Source of the DNA: Hyphomicrobiaceae bacterium
Lineage (GTDB): Bacteria; Pseudomonadota; Alphaproteobacteria; Rhizobiales; Xanthobacteraceae
Direction of reading: 5' to 3'
NCBI GenBank assembly: GCA_021324465.1
Contig: JAJPJB010000031.1
Coordinates: forward strand, 5,307-69,306
Length of the DNA: 64,000 nucleotides
A program made the translations under genes and the position numbers. Under the pieces are notes generated by a model. The model was given only the letters and a program-made list of their open reading frames with translations. It was not told the origin of the DNA and searched no databases. Each line of letters begins with the position of its first letter. Within the stretch, counting starts at the first letter, position 1. Of the stretch, positions 1 to 9,385 are shown one piece after another.

Positions 1-966
1 TGCGCTTAAACCTTCCTGCGGATCGAGGCACCAGATGCCTTCGAACAGGCCCTGGCGGCGCAAAACCTCGTGGCAGCCCGCGATGCAGCCGCGAAAGCCG
101 TTGGCGACGTCGAAGAAGGCCGCGTTGCAGTCGGTGACTTTGGCGGCGAGCGTGAGCATGTCGCGATCCACGACACCGCGGTCGAGCGACGCGCGAAGCC
201 GCGCAAACATGTCGACGGCGCCCTTGGTCCAGACGCTCCAGTGACCAAGCAGGCCGCCCTTGATGCGGATGGTCACGTCCTCGCCATCGCGGCGCACGAG
301 GAAAGGCGTTATCAGGTCGAACACGATGTTGTCGTCGTTGCCGGTATAAAGCGCAACGCGATCCTCAGCCCGCGCCGCGGCGACCCCCTGCACGACATCC
401 AGTGTCTTGTAGCGGTCGAATGGCGCGATCTTGATCGCCGTCACCTGCTCGATCTCGGCGAAGCGCCGCCAAAAACTTCGCGATAGCGCGATGCCGCCGA
501 CGGCAGGCTGCAGATAGAATCCAACGAGCGGGATGACCGAAGCCACGGCGCGGCAATGCGCAATAAGATCGTCCTCGCTTGCGCCTTGCAGCGCCGCGAG
601 GCTCAAGAGCCCGGCATGATAGCCCAGGTCCAGCGCTGTGTGCGCCTCGTGCCGCGCCTGGTCAGTCCGTCCGACCAAGCCGGCAATCAGCACGAGCGGC
701 CGCCTCGTCCAGTCTCTGGCGGTCTCGGCGGCAAGCCGCAGCACGGGCTCGTACAGGCCACACTCCCGAATTGCAAATTGCGTGGAGTGGACGCCGACGG
801 CGAGCCCACCCGCACCCGCGTCGATGTAATAGCGGGTGAGCGCGCGCTGGCGCCGCGCATCGAGCCTGCGGTTTGCGTCGAGCGCCAAAAGATGCGCCGG
901 AATGACCGTGCCATTGCGAAGGATGCGCGAGATCTCGCTGGGCCAGTCTTGCCATCTCAAGGGCAT
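1..966 (-). CDS. DapA-like class I aldolase (dihydrodipicolinate synthase family) protein, C-terminus cut by window edge
   Basis: Absent from the ORF track because the frame is open to the edge. Hand translation from ATG (comp. 966-964): MPLRWQDWPSEISRILRNGTVIPAHLLALDANRRLDARRQRALTRYYIDAGAGGLAVGVHSTQF...IPLVGFYLQPAVGG...VTAIKIAPFDRYK. TIM-barrel aldolase-like pattern with candidate Schiff-base Lys. No stop through position 1. Confidence 0.5.
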   Translation of the reverse strand, partial: MPLRWQDWPSEISRILRNGTVIPAHLLALDANRRLDARRQRALTRYYIDAGAGGLAVGVHSTQFAIRECGLYEPVLRLAAETARDWTRRPLVLIAGLVGRTDQARHEAHTALDLGYHAGLLSLAALQGASEDDLIAHCRAVASVIPLVGFYLQPAVGGIALSRSFWRRFAEIEQVTAIKIAPFDRYKTLDVVQGVAAARAEDRVALYTGNDDNIVFDLITPFLVRRDGEDVTIRIKGGLLGHWSVWTKGAVDMFARLRASLDRGVVDRDMLTLAAKVTDCNAAFFDVANGFRGCIAGCHEVLRRQGLFEGIWCLDPQEGLSA

Positions 967-1025
967 GCTATGTCTCCACGGGATTGAGCGGCATCTTCGG
1001 TCCCTGCCCGGTTTCCACCACCAAC

Positions 1026-1697
1026 TCAGTCGTCCGGCCTCAGAAAGCCCAAGACCACGTTGACCACATGCTTGCGATGTTTGCGGCGCGCGGCGGCCGC
1101 GTTGAAGTTGCGGCCGAAGATGGTCGATAGCGTGTGAATGTTGGAGAAATAAAAGAACGAGAGCGCCGCTATGGTGATGTAGAGTTCCGCTGCATCCACG
1201 CCTTTGCGGAAAATGCCAGCGTTTCGGCCACGTGCCAAAAGATCACCGATCACGTCCAACAGCGATGTATGCAGCGCGCGCACTTTGCGTGATCGCCGCA
1301 GATAACGCGCGCGGTGCACATTTTCGGTCAGCAGCAGCGATATGAACTCCGGGTGCGACTGGACGTAGCTGAGGTTGAATTCGATCAGGCGTCGCATGGC
1401 AAGCCTCGGCGCAAAGCGGCTGACATCGAGCTTCTGCTCGCTGCTGCGGATGTTCAGATAGGCTTCCTCCAGCACCGCGAGCCAAAGCGCTTCTTTGTCC
1501 CCAAAATAATGATAGAGCATCCGCTTGTTGATACGGGCTCGCCTGGCGATTTCATTGACGCGGCTGCCGGCCAGGCCCTTTGCGGCAAATTCGCTGGTCG
1601 CCGCATCGAGGATGCGGCGTCGGGTTGCGTCGGGGCGGCGACGGCGCATTCGTGTGCTTGACCACGGGCTGCGCGGGTTGATAGCCTTCATAGACAC
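1026..1697 (-). CDS. TetR/AcrR family transcriptional regulator
   Basis: 223 aa. N-terminal HTH RRRILDAATSEFAAKGLAGSRVNEIARRARINKRMLYHYFGDKEALW. Divergent from the binding-protein gene. Confidence 0.9.
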   Translation of the reverse strand: MSMKAINPRSPWSSTRMRRRRPDATRRRILDAATSEFAAKGLAGSRVNEIARRARINKRMLYHYFGDKEALWLAVLEEAYLNIRSSEQKLDVSRFAPRLAMRRLIEFNLSYVQSHPEFISLLLTENVHRARYLRRSRKVRALHTSLLDVIGDLLARGRNAGIFRKGVDAAELYITIAALSFFYFSNIHTLSTIFGRNFNAAAARRKHRKHVVNVVLGFLRPDD

Positions 1698-1712
1698 CTT
1701 GCTGATAGACGG

Positions 1713-1728
1713 GTAACCAGCCAGTTAC
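1713..1728. promoter_or_regulatory. Candidate operator: inverted repeat GTAAC-N6-GTTAC in the TetR/SBP divergent intergenic region
   Basis: Read directly at 1713-1717 and 1724-1728. Short arms, so weak. Confidence 0.2.
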
Positions 1729-1794
1729 AAGAAACCCTGCTCTTCCGCAATGAGCGAAGAGTCAGAGCTATTGGTGGCTGAGCGGGAGGATCTC

Positions 1795-2793
1795 ATGAAG
1801 TTGTTTTCGACTGTCGCAGTGGCGCTCCTGGGATTTGCAGTCCCCGCGCACGCCAACGAGTCCGTAAGCTTTCTCCTCAACTGGGTCGCGGGCGGTGATC
1901 ACGCGCCCTACTACTATGCGCAAAAGATGGGCTGGTACAAAGATGCCGGCATCGACCTCACGCTGCTTCAGGGCAAAGGCTCGATGGTCGCAGCCCAAGC
2001 CGCCGGCGCCGGCGCCAACACCTTCGGTCTCGCCGACATGACAACAATCCTGGTGGCGATCGGCAAAGGCGCCGATGAGGTCGCGGTGATGAACGTCTAT
2101 GCCAATTATCCGGGCGGATTTTATTGGCTGAAAAGCTCCGGCATCAAATCCATCAAAGATCTGGCCGGCAAAAGGATCGGAAACCCGCCTGGGGATGCGG
2201 CTCGCGCGCTGTGGCCGGCGCTGGCCAAGGCCAACGGCATCGATCCGAATTCGGTGACATGGGTGAATGTGGGGCCCGGCGCGAAGCTTGCCGCGCTGAA
2301 GGCCGGCTCGGTCGATGCCGTGACCGAATTCTACAACGAGCATCACACCTATAAACAGCAGCTGGGCGGTGACATGGGGTACCTGGCCTGGAAGGATGCC
2401 GGCCTCAATCCCTACGGCAATTCGATTGCGGTAAACGGCGCATTCCTCAAGGCTCATCGCGATACGGTCGCGGCCTTCGTCAAAGTGACGCAAAAAGCAT
2501 TCGGCGCATGCGTCGCCGCCGCCGATCCCTGCATTCACGCGCTCATCGAGGCGAATTCAGGGCTTCAATTCGATAGCCAAATGGTCAATTGGCACGAAGT
2601 GGAAGAACTGATGAGCGACAAGACCTCGCAGACGGTTGCGCTTGGCTGGTTCGATCCGCAGCGGATGGAGCAGACCTACGATCTGGTCAAGACTTATGTC
2701 GGGCTGGAAAAGCCGTTCCAGGTGACCAATGTCTACACCAATGCGTTTCTGGACAAGTCGGTCAAAATGAAGTCGGTGCCATCCACCGAATGA
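1795..2793 (+). CDS. NMT1/THI5-like (NitT/TauT family) periplasmic substrate-binding protein
   Basis: Signal peptide MKLFSTVAVALLGFAVPAHA follows GGGAGGA RBS. NESVSFLLNWVAGGDHAPYYYAQKMGWYKDAGIDL is typical of the family. The track ORF starts 45 nt upstream (1750). Confidence 0.85.
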   Translation: MKLFSTVAVALLGFAVPAHANESVSFLLNWVAGGDHAPYYYAQKMGWYKDAGIDLTLLQGKGSMVAAQAAGAGANTFGLADMTTILVAIGKGADEVAVMNVYANYPGGFYWLKSSGIKSIKDLAGKRIGNPPGDAARALWPALAKANGIDPNSVTWVNVGPGAKLAALKAGSVDAVTEFYNEHHTYKQQLGGDMGYLAWKDAGLNPYGNSIAVNGAFLKAHRDTVAAFVKVTQKAFGACVAAADPCIHALIEANSGLQFDSQMVNWHEVEELMSDKTSQTVALGWFDPQRMEQTYDLVKTYVGLEKPFQVTNVYTNAFLDKSVKMKSVPSTE

Positions 2794-2821
2794 CCGGTGA
2801 GGGCGGCAGCGAGACGACGCC

Positions 2822-3709
2822 TCAGCCGAGCTCCGGACCGGCAATCGCGAACAGGCGCGCGGAATCATCGAACGACGAAGAGCGTTGATAGACCATTCTG
2901 GTCAGCGGCCGTTCGGCTGAGAATCCGCGTTCGCCGAGCCACTGGATCAACGGCAGGTGACGATCGGGCACATCGACGGCCACCCGCCCGGAAATGCTCG
3001 ACAGCGCTGCCGCCGCGAGCGCGATTGCCGTATCTGCATCGACGGCCGCAACAGGCCCGAGTTGCGTCATGACGCGGCCGTCGCGGCCGAGAGAAAAGCC
3101 AACAATCCTCTCGTGCCGAATGGCGACCAGCGCCGCCTGCGGCAGGCGCTGCGCCAGCGAGCGAAGCAGCGCGCCGCGCGCGGCGCCAAACACGTCCTTG
3201 TCAAGGGCGATGAGCTGCGCCCAATCGCTTTCCTGCAGAGGGCGTACCAGAATCCCATCGCAAGCGCCGGCAGTGAACTGGCCGCAAGATCCGGTCCATC
3301 GGCGCAGGTCCCACGTATCGCGGAAGCCGAGCCCCAGATAGACGGCGCGGCCGGCAGGGGTTGCATCAAGAACGGGAACAAGACCGCGACCAAGAATGTC
3401 CTCGACGCGGTGGCGCAGGAGCCAGCGCGCCAATCCCTGGCGTCGCTCCGCCGCCGTGACCAGTACCATGCTGATCCAGGCAAACCGCGACGCGTAGGGC
3501 AAGCTTGCCGCGGTCGCGATGGGTCTGCTGTTGCGCGCAAGGCAGATCGCGCTGCCGAACTGCAGAAACAGACGCCAGTCGGCGATCGTTTGATTCCATC
3601 CTGCCTCCGCAGAGAGCGCGGCTGCCGCTTCCAAATCAGCCTCGGTGAGCGGACGCACCGACAGGCCGGCAGGCAAAGCGTGGTCAGAAGTTCCCATCGC
3701 GGCTGTCAT
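2822..3709 (-). CDS. GNAT family N-acetyltransferase (two-domain type)
   Basis: [26 protein letters not shown]...[12 protein letters not shown]...[14 protein letters not shown] acetyl-CoA-binding-like motif. Start at 3709 or 3697 avoids the 77-nt overlap implied by the track start 3760. Confidence 0.8.
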   Translation of the reverse strand: MTAAMGTSDHALPAGLSVRPLTEADLEAAAALSAEAGWNQTIADWRLFLQFGSAICLARNSRPIATAASLPYASRFAWISMVLVTAAERRQGLARWLLRHRVEDILGRGLVPVLDATPAGRAVYLGLGFRDTWDLRRWTGSCGQFTAGACDGILVRPLQESDWAQLIALDKDVFGAARGALLRSLAQRLPQAALVAIRHERIVGFSLGRDGRVMTQLGPVAAVDADTAIALAAAALSSISGRVAVDVPDRHLPLIQWLGERGFSAERPLTRMVYQRSSSFDDSARLFAIAGPELG

Positions 3710-4760
3710 AATGGGTCTCTTTGCCGAGATTCGGCATGCCGCGGCTGACCCAGTCGGCAACCCAGTCGATCATGCGACCCAGCGGCACGGTCGGGTAGCC
3801 AAACAGCCGATGCGCCTCACCTGAATTGGCAAGCCAGCCCATGGTCGCCTCGGCGCCGCTCAGGCGCGGCACCTTGCCAAACCGCTCGCCGAACGCGGCG
3901 GCCAGCGCGCGAATGCTGACCGTCTCGGGACCACTTACGTTGAGCGGTTGCGTCGGCACCACGCAGTGACCCAGAGCGCGCAAAACCATGCTGTTGGCGT
4001 CGCCCTGCCAAATGACATTGACGTGCCCGGCGGTGACGTCGATCTCCCGGTCGTTCAGCACCTTTTGCGCAACCTCGTGCAGCACGCCGTAGCGCATGTC
4101 GACCGCATAATTGAGGCGGATCAAACGCCCCGGCGTGCCGTGCTTGCGCGAGAAATATTCGAACATGCGCTCACGTCCGACGCAGGAGACGGCATAGGTG
4201 CCGCGCGGATCCGGCGCGACAGATTCCGTGGCGCCGCCGTGCAATATATTGACGAACGGATAGACGTTGCCGGTCGAGAACGCCACGATGCGCGATTCCT
4301 TGAACGCCTCCGCCACCATTGAGGGCACCAGCGTGTTCATCGCCCAGGTCAAATCTTCGCGGCCGGTCGTGCCGAATTTTCGGCCGGCCATGAACACGAC
4401 ATTGGGCGCCTTTGGCAGGCGTTCGATTGCATCGCGATCGAGCAGATCGGCGACAATGCATTCGATATCCCAGGTCTCAAGCTTCTCGCGCAATCCCGTT
4501 TCGCTGAAGCGGGCGACGCCAATGACGCGGCGATTCGGCGCCGCGCGACGCGCCAGTCGCGCCAGGGTGGGTCCCATCTTGCCGCCGACGCCGAGGATCA
4601 AGATATCGCCCGGTACGTCGCGAAGCGCCCCGATCAATGCCGGCGACGGCGCAGTCATGTAGTCTTCGAGATGGGCCTCGTCGGCGAAACGATCCGGCCA
4701 GGCGGGACACGCGGCCGCGTCAGCGGCAGTTTGTACGGACATGCAGCAGGTCAATTCCAT
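3684..4760 (-). CDS. NAD-dependent epimerase/dehydratase family protein
   Basis: Rossmann motif [21 protein letters not shown]-extended-like body. Start ambiguous (4760 or ATG at 4742). Confidence 0.8.
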   Translation of the reverse strand: MELTCCMSVQTAADAAACPAWPDRFADEAHLEDYMTAPSPALIGALRDVPGDILILGVGGKMGPTLARLARRAAPNRRVIGVARFSETGLREKLETWDIECIVADLLDRDAIERLPKAPNVVFMAGRKFGTTGREDLTWAMNTLVPSMVAEAFKESRIVAFSTGNVYPFVNILHGGATESVAPDPRGTYAVSCVGRERMFEYFSRKHGTPGRLIRLNYAVDMRYGVLHEVAQKVLNDREIDVTAGHVNVIWQGDANSMVLRALGHCVVPTQPLNVSGPETVSIRALAAAFGERFGKVPRLSGAEATMGWLANSGEAHRLFGYPTVPLGRMIDWVADWVSRGMPNLGKETHYDSRDGNF

Positions 4761-4836
4761 AAAGGACGAATGCTTCCAGGGCCAGTCGCCGGTCGATTTG
4801 ACGCCGGAAGTAACCGGATGGATACTTACGGCGTCG

Positions 4837-4851
4837 AGCGATAGTATCGCT
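4837..4851. promoter_or_regulatory. Candidate operator: 15-bp palindrome AGCGATAgTATCGCT in divergent promoter region
   Basis: Perfect 7-bp arms around a central G, between the epimerase (minus) and MetE-like (plus) genes. Confidence 0.3.
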
Positions 4852-4927
4852 GCGCCGCGCCCGCATCAATACAAGCAGCGGCCCGGCGGCGCGGATCGGA
4901 CAGAACACGGATGGAGAAGAAATTAAC

Positions 4928-5935
4928 ATGGCGGAACCCCGCATTAAGACGACCGTTGTCGGCTCCTATCCGATCCCGGATTGGCTTGCGCTGCTTCCGT
5001 CGGAACAGGCGCTGACCGACGCAACGCGCGTGGTTCTGCACATCCAGGAGAGCGCCGGCATCGATCTGGTTTGCGATGGAGAGCTTTACCGCTTCGATAT
5101 CGATCACCCCGAGACCAACGGCATGATCGAGTACTTCGTGCGTCCGCTGGGCGGCGTTCGCACCGCTGTGACCTTCGACGAGCTTGTCGCATACAGGGCG
5201 CAGCGTGGCATGGGCTTTCGCACGCGTCCGCCCGCCGTTGTCGATGCGCCGGTTACCGCCGGCATGCTCGATCTACCGCGCGCCTGCAGCCGCGCCAAGC
5301 GGCTCGCCAGCCGGCCTTTCAAGTTTACGCTGACCGGTCCGCACATGCTGGCGAAAACCCTCCTCGACAAGCACTACGGACGCACGTCCGATCTGGCGAT
5401 GGCGATCGCCGGCGTGCTTGCCGAGCAGGTCCGGTACCTTGACGCCGATGTCGTCCAAATCGATGAAGCCAATCTGCCGGGAAGTCCCGAAGAATGGCCG
5501 TGGGCCGCAGAGGCCATCAATTGCGTGCTCGATGCGGTCAAAGCCACGCCCTCCGTGCACCTCTGCTTCGGCAATTACGGTGGGCAGTCGATTCAGAAGG
5601 GCGGCTGGGCGCATCTGCTGTCGTATCTCGATGCGCTCCATGCCGACCATGTCGTGCTGGAGACGGCGCACCGGCCATTTGAGGAGCTGAAGGTCTTGCG
5701 TGATCTGCGGCCGCAGATCGGCATCGGATTGGGCGTCATCGACATCAAATCCACGGAAGTCGAATCCGCCGATGCTGTCGCGCGCTCGATCGAGCGGGCG
5801 GAAGGCGTCCTGGGACCCGGGCGGATCAAATACATCAATCCGGACTGCGGCTTCTGGATGCTCAAGCGCTCGATCGCCGACGGGAAAATTCGCGCGCTCG
5901 TCGCCGGGCGCGATCTCTACGAAGGCCGGCACTGA
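4928..5935 (+). CDS. Cobalamin-independent methionine synthase family (MetE C-terminal-like) Zn-dependent alkyltransferase
   Basis: 335 aa. KTTVVGSYPIPDWL N-terminus. Zn-ligand motifs VHLCFGN (His-x-Cys) and NPDCGFW (Cys) are retained. Confidence 0.8.
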   Translation: MAEPRIKTTVVGSYPIPDWLALLPSEQALTDATRVVLHIQESAGIDLVCDGELYRFDIDHPETNGMIEYFVRPLGGVRTAVTFDELVAYRAQRGMGFRTRPPAVVDAPVTAGMLDLPRACSRAKRLASRPFKFTLTGPHMLAKTLLDKHYGRTSDLAMAIAGVLAEQVRYLDADVVQIDEANLPGSPEEWPWAAEAINCVLDAVKATPSVHLCFGNYGGQSIQKGGWAHLLSYLDALHADHVVLETAHRPFEELKVLRDLRPQIGIGLGVIDIKSTEVESADAVARSIERAEGVLGPGRIKYINPDCGFWMLKRSIADGKIRALVAGRDLYEGRH

Positions 5936-5959
5936 CCGGACCGGACCCCAGGCCGTTGC

Positions 5960-7567
5960 ATGACGGACGATTTTGATTTTGTAGTGCTCGGCGCGGGTCA
6001 CAACGGCCTTATTCTGCAGGCCTATCTCTGCAAGGCCGGCCTGAAGGTGCTGTCGGTCGATCGCGCAGCCACGGCTGGCGGTGGACTGACCACACTCGAG
6101 GACCCGCGCTACCCCGGCTTTCTGCACAATACTCACGCCTTCTTCCAGCGCGCGATCACTGCGATGCCGTGGTATGCCGATCTCGAGCTGAAACGCCATG
6201 GCGCGGTGTATCTCGAGCCCGAGCTCAACGTGCTGCTGCTCACCAATGATGGCCGCACGCTCGAATGGTGGACTGATTCCGAGCGCACCGCCGCTTCATT
6301 TGCTCAGTTCAGCGCGCGCGATGCCGCTACTCTGCGGCGCTGGTGTGAGGAATTCGCACCGATTGTAACGAAAATCATCCGTCCGGAAGCCGCTTCCCCT
6401 CCTCTGCCGCCCGCGGAGCGCCGCGCGCTTCTCGAACGCAGCGCCGCTGGTCGCCGTCTCCTTGAGGTCAGCGCGCTGTCACCGCTGGAGTTCGTGCAAC
6501 AGGAGTTCGAAAATCCGACCATTCAAGCCGGCCTGCTATTTTTCAACGGCCTACGCGAGGTCGATTTGCGCGTGCGCGGCTTCGGTCATCACATCGCGGC
6601 GCTGCTGGCACAGCCGTCGAAGGCTCAGATGTCGCTCGGCGGCTCCGCTACCTTGGCGCGCGCGCTCGAAAGCGCCGTCCGCGAAGCCGGCGGCGTGATT
6701 CGCACCATGACCACGCCGCGGCGGATCATCGTGGAGAACAACCGTGCCGTCGGCGTGGAAACGGCGGTCGGCGAAGTCATTCGCGCGCGCCGTGGCGTGG
6801 TCTCCTCGCTCAATCCGCAGCAGACATTTCTTGAACTGCTGGACGCGGAGCAGCTTCCGGCGGAGGTTCGAAGCCGCGCGGATCGCTTTCAATATAATCT
6901 TCTGGCGCCGCTCTTTGCGCTCAACCTCAATTTACGCGAGGCACCTCATTACACCGTCGCCGCAAAACGGCCCGAGCTGGATCAGGCATTCATGGTGGTG
7001 ATGGGTCTCGATCACGTCGACCAGTTCGTTGAGGTGATTCGTCATCATGAGGCCGGCACGATACCGTCCACCATCATGTGGGGATCCTGTCCAACCCGCT
7101 TCGATCCGAGCCAGGCGCCGCCCGATCGGCATACCGGATTCATGTGGGAGAAGCTGCCGTATCGGCTCAACGGCGATCCACTCAACTGGGACAGCGCGCG
7201 CGGCGAGCACGGCCGCGCGATGCTGGACCTCTGGTGTCGCCATGCGCCAAATCTCGCCGCTGCGGTGATCGATTCCTTTACGCGCTCGCCACTGGACGTG
7301 GAGCGATCGCTGCCGAACATGCGCGAAGGCGATCTGCTTGTCGGCGCCTTTACCAATGATCAGATCGGCTACAACCGGCCTTTCCCCGGCGCCGGGCACT
7401 ATCGTGCTCATTTGCCCGGTCTCTATCTTTGTGGATCAAGCAGCCATCCGGGCGGCAACATCACCGGCCTGCCGGGCTACAACGCCGCGCAAATCATTCT
7501 CGCCGATCTGGGAATCAAAGCGGATTGGTTTCCGCCTCCCATCCGTGCTCAGCTTGGTGCTCTGTAA
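5960..7567 (+). CDS. FAD-dependent oxidoreductase, phytoene desaturase (CrtI)-like family
   Basis: Dinucleotide fold FDFVVLGAGHNGLILQAYLCKAGLKVLSVDRAATAGGG. 535 aa. C-terminal GLYLCGSSSHPGGNITG. Confidence 0.8.
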   Translation: MTDDFDFVVLGAGHNGLILQAYLCKAGLKVLSVDRAATAGGGLTTLEDPRYPGFLHNTHAFFQRAITAMPWYADLELKRHGAVYLEPELNVLLLTNDGRTLEWWTDSERTAASFAQFSARDAATLRRWCEEFAPIVTKIIRPEAASPPLPPAERRALLERSAAGRRLLEVSALSPLEFVQQEFENPTIQAGLLFFNGLREVDLRVRGFGHHIAALLAQPSKAQMSLGGSATLARALESAVREAGGVIRTMTTPRRIIVENNRAVGVETAVGEVIRARRGVVSSLNPQQTFLELLDAEQLPAEVRSRADRFQYNLLAPLFALNLNLREAPHYTVAAKRPELDQAFMVVMGLDHVDQFVEVIRHHEAGTIPSTIMWGSCPTRFDPSQAPPDRHTGFMWEKLPYRLNGDPLNWDSARGEHGRAMLDLWCRHAPNLAAAVIDSFTRSPLDVERSLPNMREGDLLVGAFTNDQIGYNRPFPGAGHYRAHLPGLYLCGSSSHPGGNITGLPGYNAAQIILADLGIKADWFPPPIRAQLGAL

Positions 7568-7605
7568 TATGCTGCACATCCTTCGACGGACGGTGTTCAC
7601 GGGGC

Positions 7606-8580
7606 TCATTCGATCTTCACTTGCGCCGCCTTGATGACCGCGCGCCATTTGGCCGAATCGTTGTGCAGAAATTCGGCAAATGCGTCGAGCGGTCCGGGAA
7701 GCGGCTGCACCGCAAAGCGCTCAAGATACTTCTTCTGGAATTCCGGATCGTTGACAATCCCTTCGACGTCGGCGTTGACCTTCTTTACGATCTCAGGCGG
7801 CGTGTCGGCTGCGGCAAACAGCCCGAATGATACGCTCGCCTCGTATCCCGGCACGGTCTCCGCGATGGTCGGCACATCGGGAAATTGCGGCACCCGCTTG
7901 TCGCTGCCGAAGGCCAGCATCTTCAGCTTTCCGTCCTTCACCGAGCTCAACGCCACCGACGGACCCATGATAACCGCATCGATGTGTCCGGCGATCAGAT
8001 CAGTCAGCGCAGGCGCCGCGCCCCGATAATGCACTGCTGTCATCTTGATACCGGCAAGATTCTCAAGCTCGAGTCCCGCGATATGGAGCGCGGTACCGAC
8101 GCCGGCCGTGCCGAACGTCACATCGCCAGGCTTCTTCTTGGCAAGCGCGATGAGGTCGCCGACCGAATTCGCCGGCACTGATGGATTGACCAGGAGCGCA
8201 GCCGGAATGGTGCCATAGCCGGCGACGGGGACAAAGTCCTTTTCCGCATCGTAGGTCAGCTTGCCCGGAGAATAGAGATACGGTTGGGTCGTGTAGAAGC
8301 CGGTCTCGGAAGCGAGCAATGTGTAGCCGTCGTGCTCGGCGCGCATCACGAACTGCGCCGCGATCGAGTAGCCGGCGCCGCCCCGGTTTTCGACGATGAC
8401 GCCCTTCTTCCAAATATCGGACAGCCGCTGCGCGATCGCGCGAGTAAGCACGTCGGTCAAGGCGCCGGCTGCCGAGGTCACAACGATGGTCACATTGCGG
8501 TCCGGATAGGTCTGTCCCAGGACGGCGGAGCTCCCGAGCAGGCAGGCGAGCAGAAACAAGCGGCCGAGCAAGGCGTTCAT
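7606..8580 (-). CDS. Bug/TctC family tripartite tricarboxylate transporter substrate-binding protein
   Basis: Signal MNALLGRLFLLACLLGSSAVLG after GGAGGGAG RBS. YPDRNVTIVVTSAAGALTDVLTRAIAQRL...VENRGGAGYSIAA family signature. Confidence 0.85.
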   Translation of the reverse strand: MNALLGRLFLLACLLGSSAVLGQTYPDRNVTIVVTSAAGALTDVLTRAIAQRLSDIWKKGVIVENRGGAGYSIAAQFVMRAEHDGYTLLASETGFYTTQPYLYSPGKLTYDAEKDFVPVAGYGTIPAALLVNPSVPANSVGDLIALAKKKPGDVTFGTAGVGTALHIAGLELENLAGIKMTAVHYRGAAPALTDLIAGHIDAVIMGPSVALSSVKDGKLKMLAFGSDKRVPQFPDVPTIAETVPGYEASVSFGLFAAADTPPEIVKKVNADVEGIVNDPEFQKKYLERFAVQPLPGPLDAFAEFLHNDSAKWRAVIKAAQVKIE

Positions 8581-8758
8581 GCTCCCTCCAGGTCCGGGAC
8601 GCACCCCAGACGCAGCTTAGCACGGGAAGCAACGGCCGATGCCTGCGTCAATGCGCCCGGCCGGATCGAAAGCCGGTCGGGCCAGGCGACGCTCGCTGTC
8701 AGGTCGATTGTGACCGGCTGCACACTCGGTGGCGGGCGGGTTCCCGTGGTTGCGGTCC

Positions 8759-9379
8759 CTAGCCGCCCGCAGCCGGGGTCGCCCACGCTCGCTCTTCTCT
8801 GTCCTTCACTCTGAAAGCGGCAATCTGCGCGCGATAGCTCTCTGTAAGGTCAATATCGTCCCAGCCGTTGAGAAGACGTGCGCGCCGAACCGGATCGACC
8901 GTGAAACGATACGTCCGATCGCCGCAGACGATGTCCTGATGTTCCAGGTCGACCCTGACGTGCAAGGTCGGCATCTGTGTCAACAAGACGATTATCTCGG
9001 CTGCTTCGTCGTCGGTCACCGCAGCGGTGAGCAGGCCATTCTGTACGGCGTTGCCGGCAAAGATGTCGCCAAAGGACGGCGCAATCACGCAGCGGATACC
9101 ATAATCGCAAAGCGCATAGACGGCGGCCTCCCGCGAGGAGCCGCAGCCGAAATTGCGCGCGGCGACCAGGATCTTGGCATCGCGCCATGCTGGTTTGTTG
9201 AGCGGAAAGTCCGGGTTCTCGTCCTCGGCGGCACGGAAGCGCAGGTCGTGAAACAAAACCTTGCCGAGCCCCATCCCGCGCGTCCATTTCAGATAGCGTG
9301 CCGGAAGAATCTGGTCGGTATTCACATTGCTTTGATTGATCGGGCACGCCGGGCCGGTAAGTGTCGTAAACTTTTCCAT
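8759..9379 (-). CDS. leuD: 3-isopropylmalate dehydratase small subunit family (LeuD-type; probable catabolic paralog)
   Basis: [31 protein letters not shown]...[21 protein letters not shown] typical LeuD swivel domain. Confidence 0.85.
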   Translation of the reverse strand: MEKFTTLTGPACPINQSNVNTDQILPARYLKWTRGMGLGKVLFHDLRFRAAEDENPDFPLNKPAWRDAKILVAARNFGCGSSREAAVYALCDYGIRCVIAPSFGDIFAGNAVQNGLLTAAVTDDEAAEIIVLLTQMPTLHVRVDLEHQDIVCGDRTYRFTVDPVRRARLLNGWDDIDLTESYRAQIAAFRVKDREERAWATPAAGG

Positions 9380-9385
9380 GATGAC

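Noticed and set aside
1768-2538. 256-aa minus-strand ORF antisense to the NMT1-type binding-protein gene. Similar long shadow ORFs occur at 5273-6199(-), 8729-9733(+), 18039-19025(-), 25540-26502(+), 29422-30480(+), 38811-40307(+), 46499-47590(+) and 57639-58829(-).
   Set aside because: Each lies fully antisense to a gene with clear family motifs. The translations are Arg/Ala/Gly/Pro-rich, low in Lys/Ile/Asn/Phe, and carry no recognisable domain, which is typical of open shadow frames in high-GC DNA.
4761-4927. Cobalamin or SAM riboswitch upstream of the MetE-like gene
   Set aside because: I could not find a B12-box-like or SAM-II-like conserved core by eye, only a short palindrome. This needs a covariance-model scan to be definitive.
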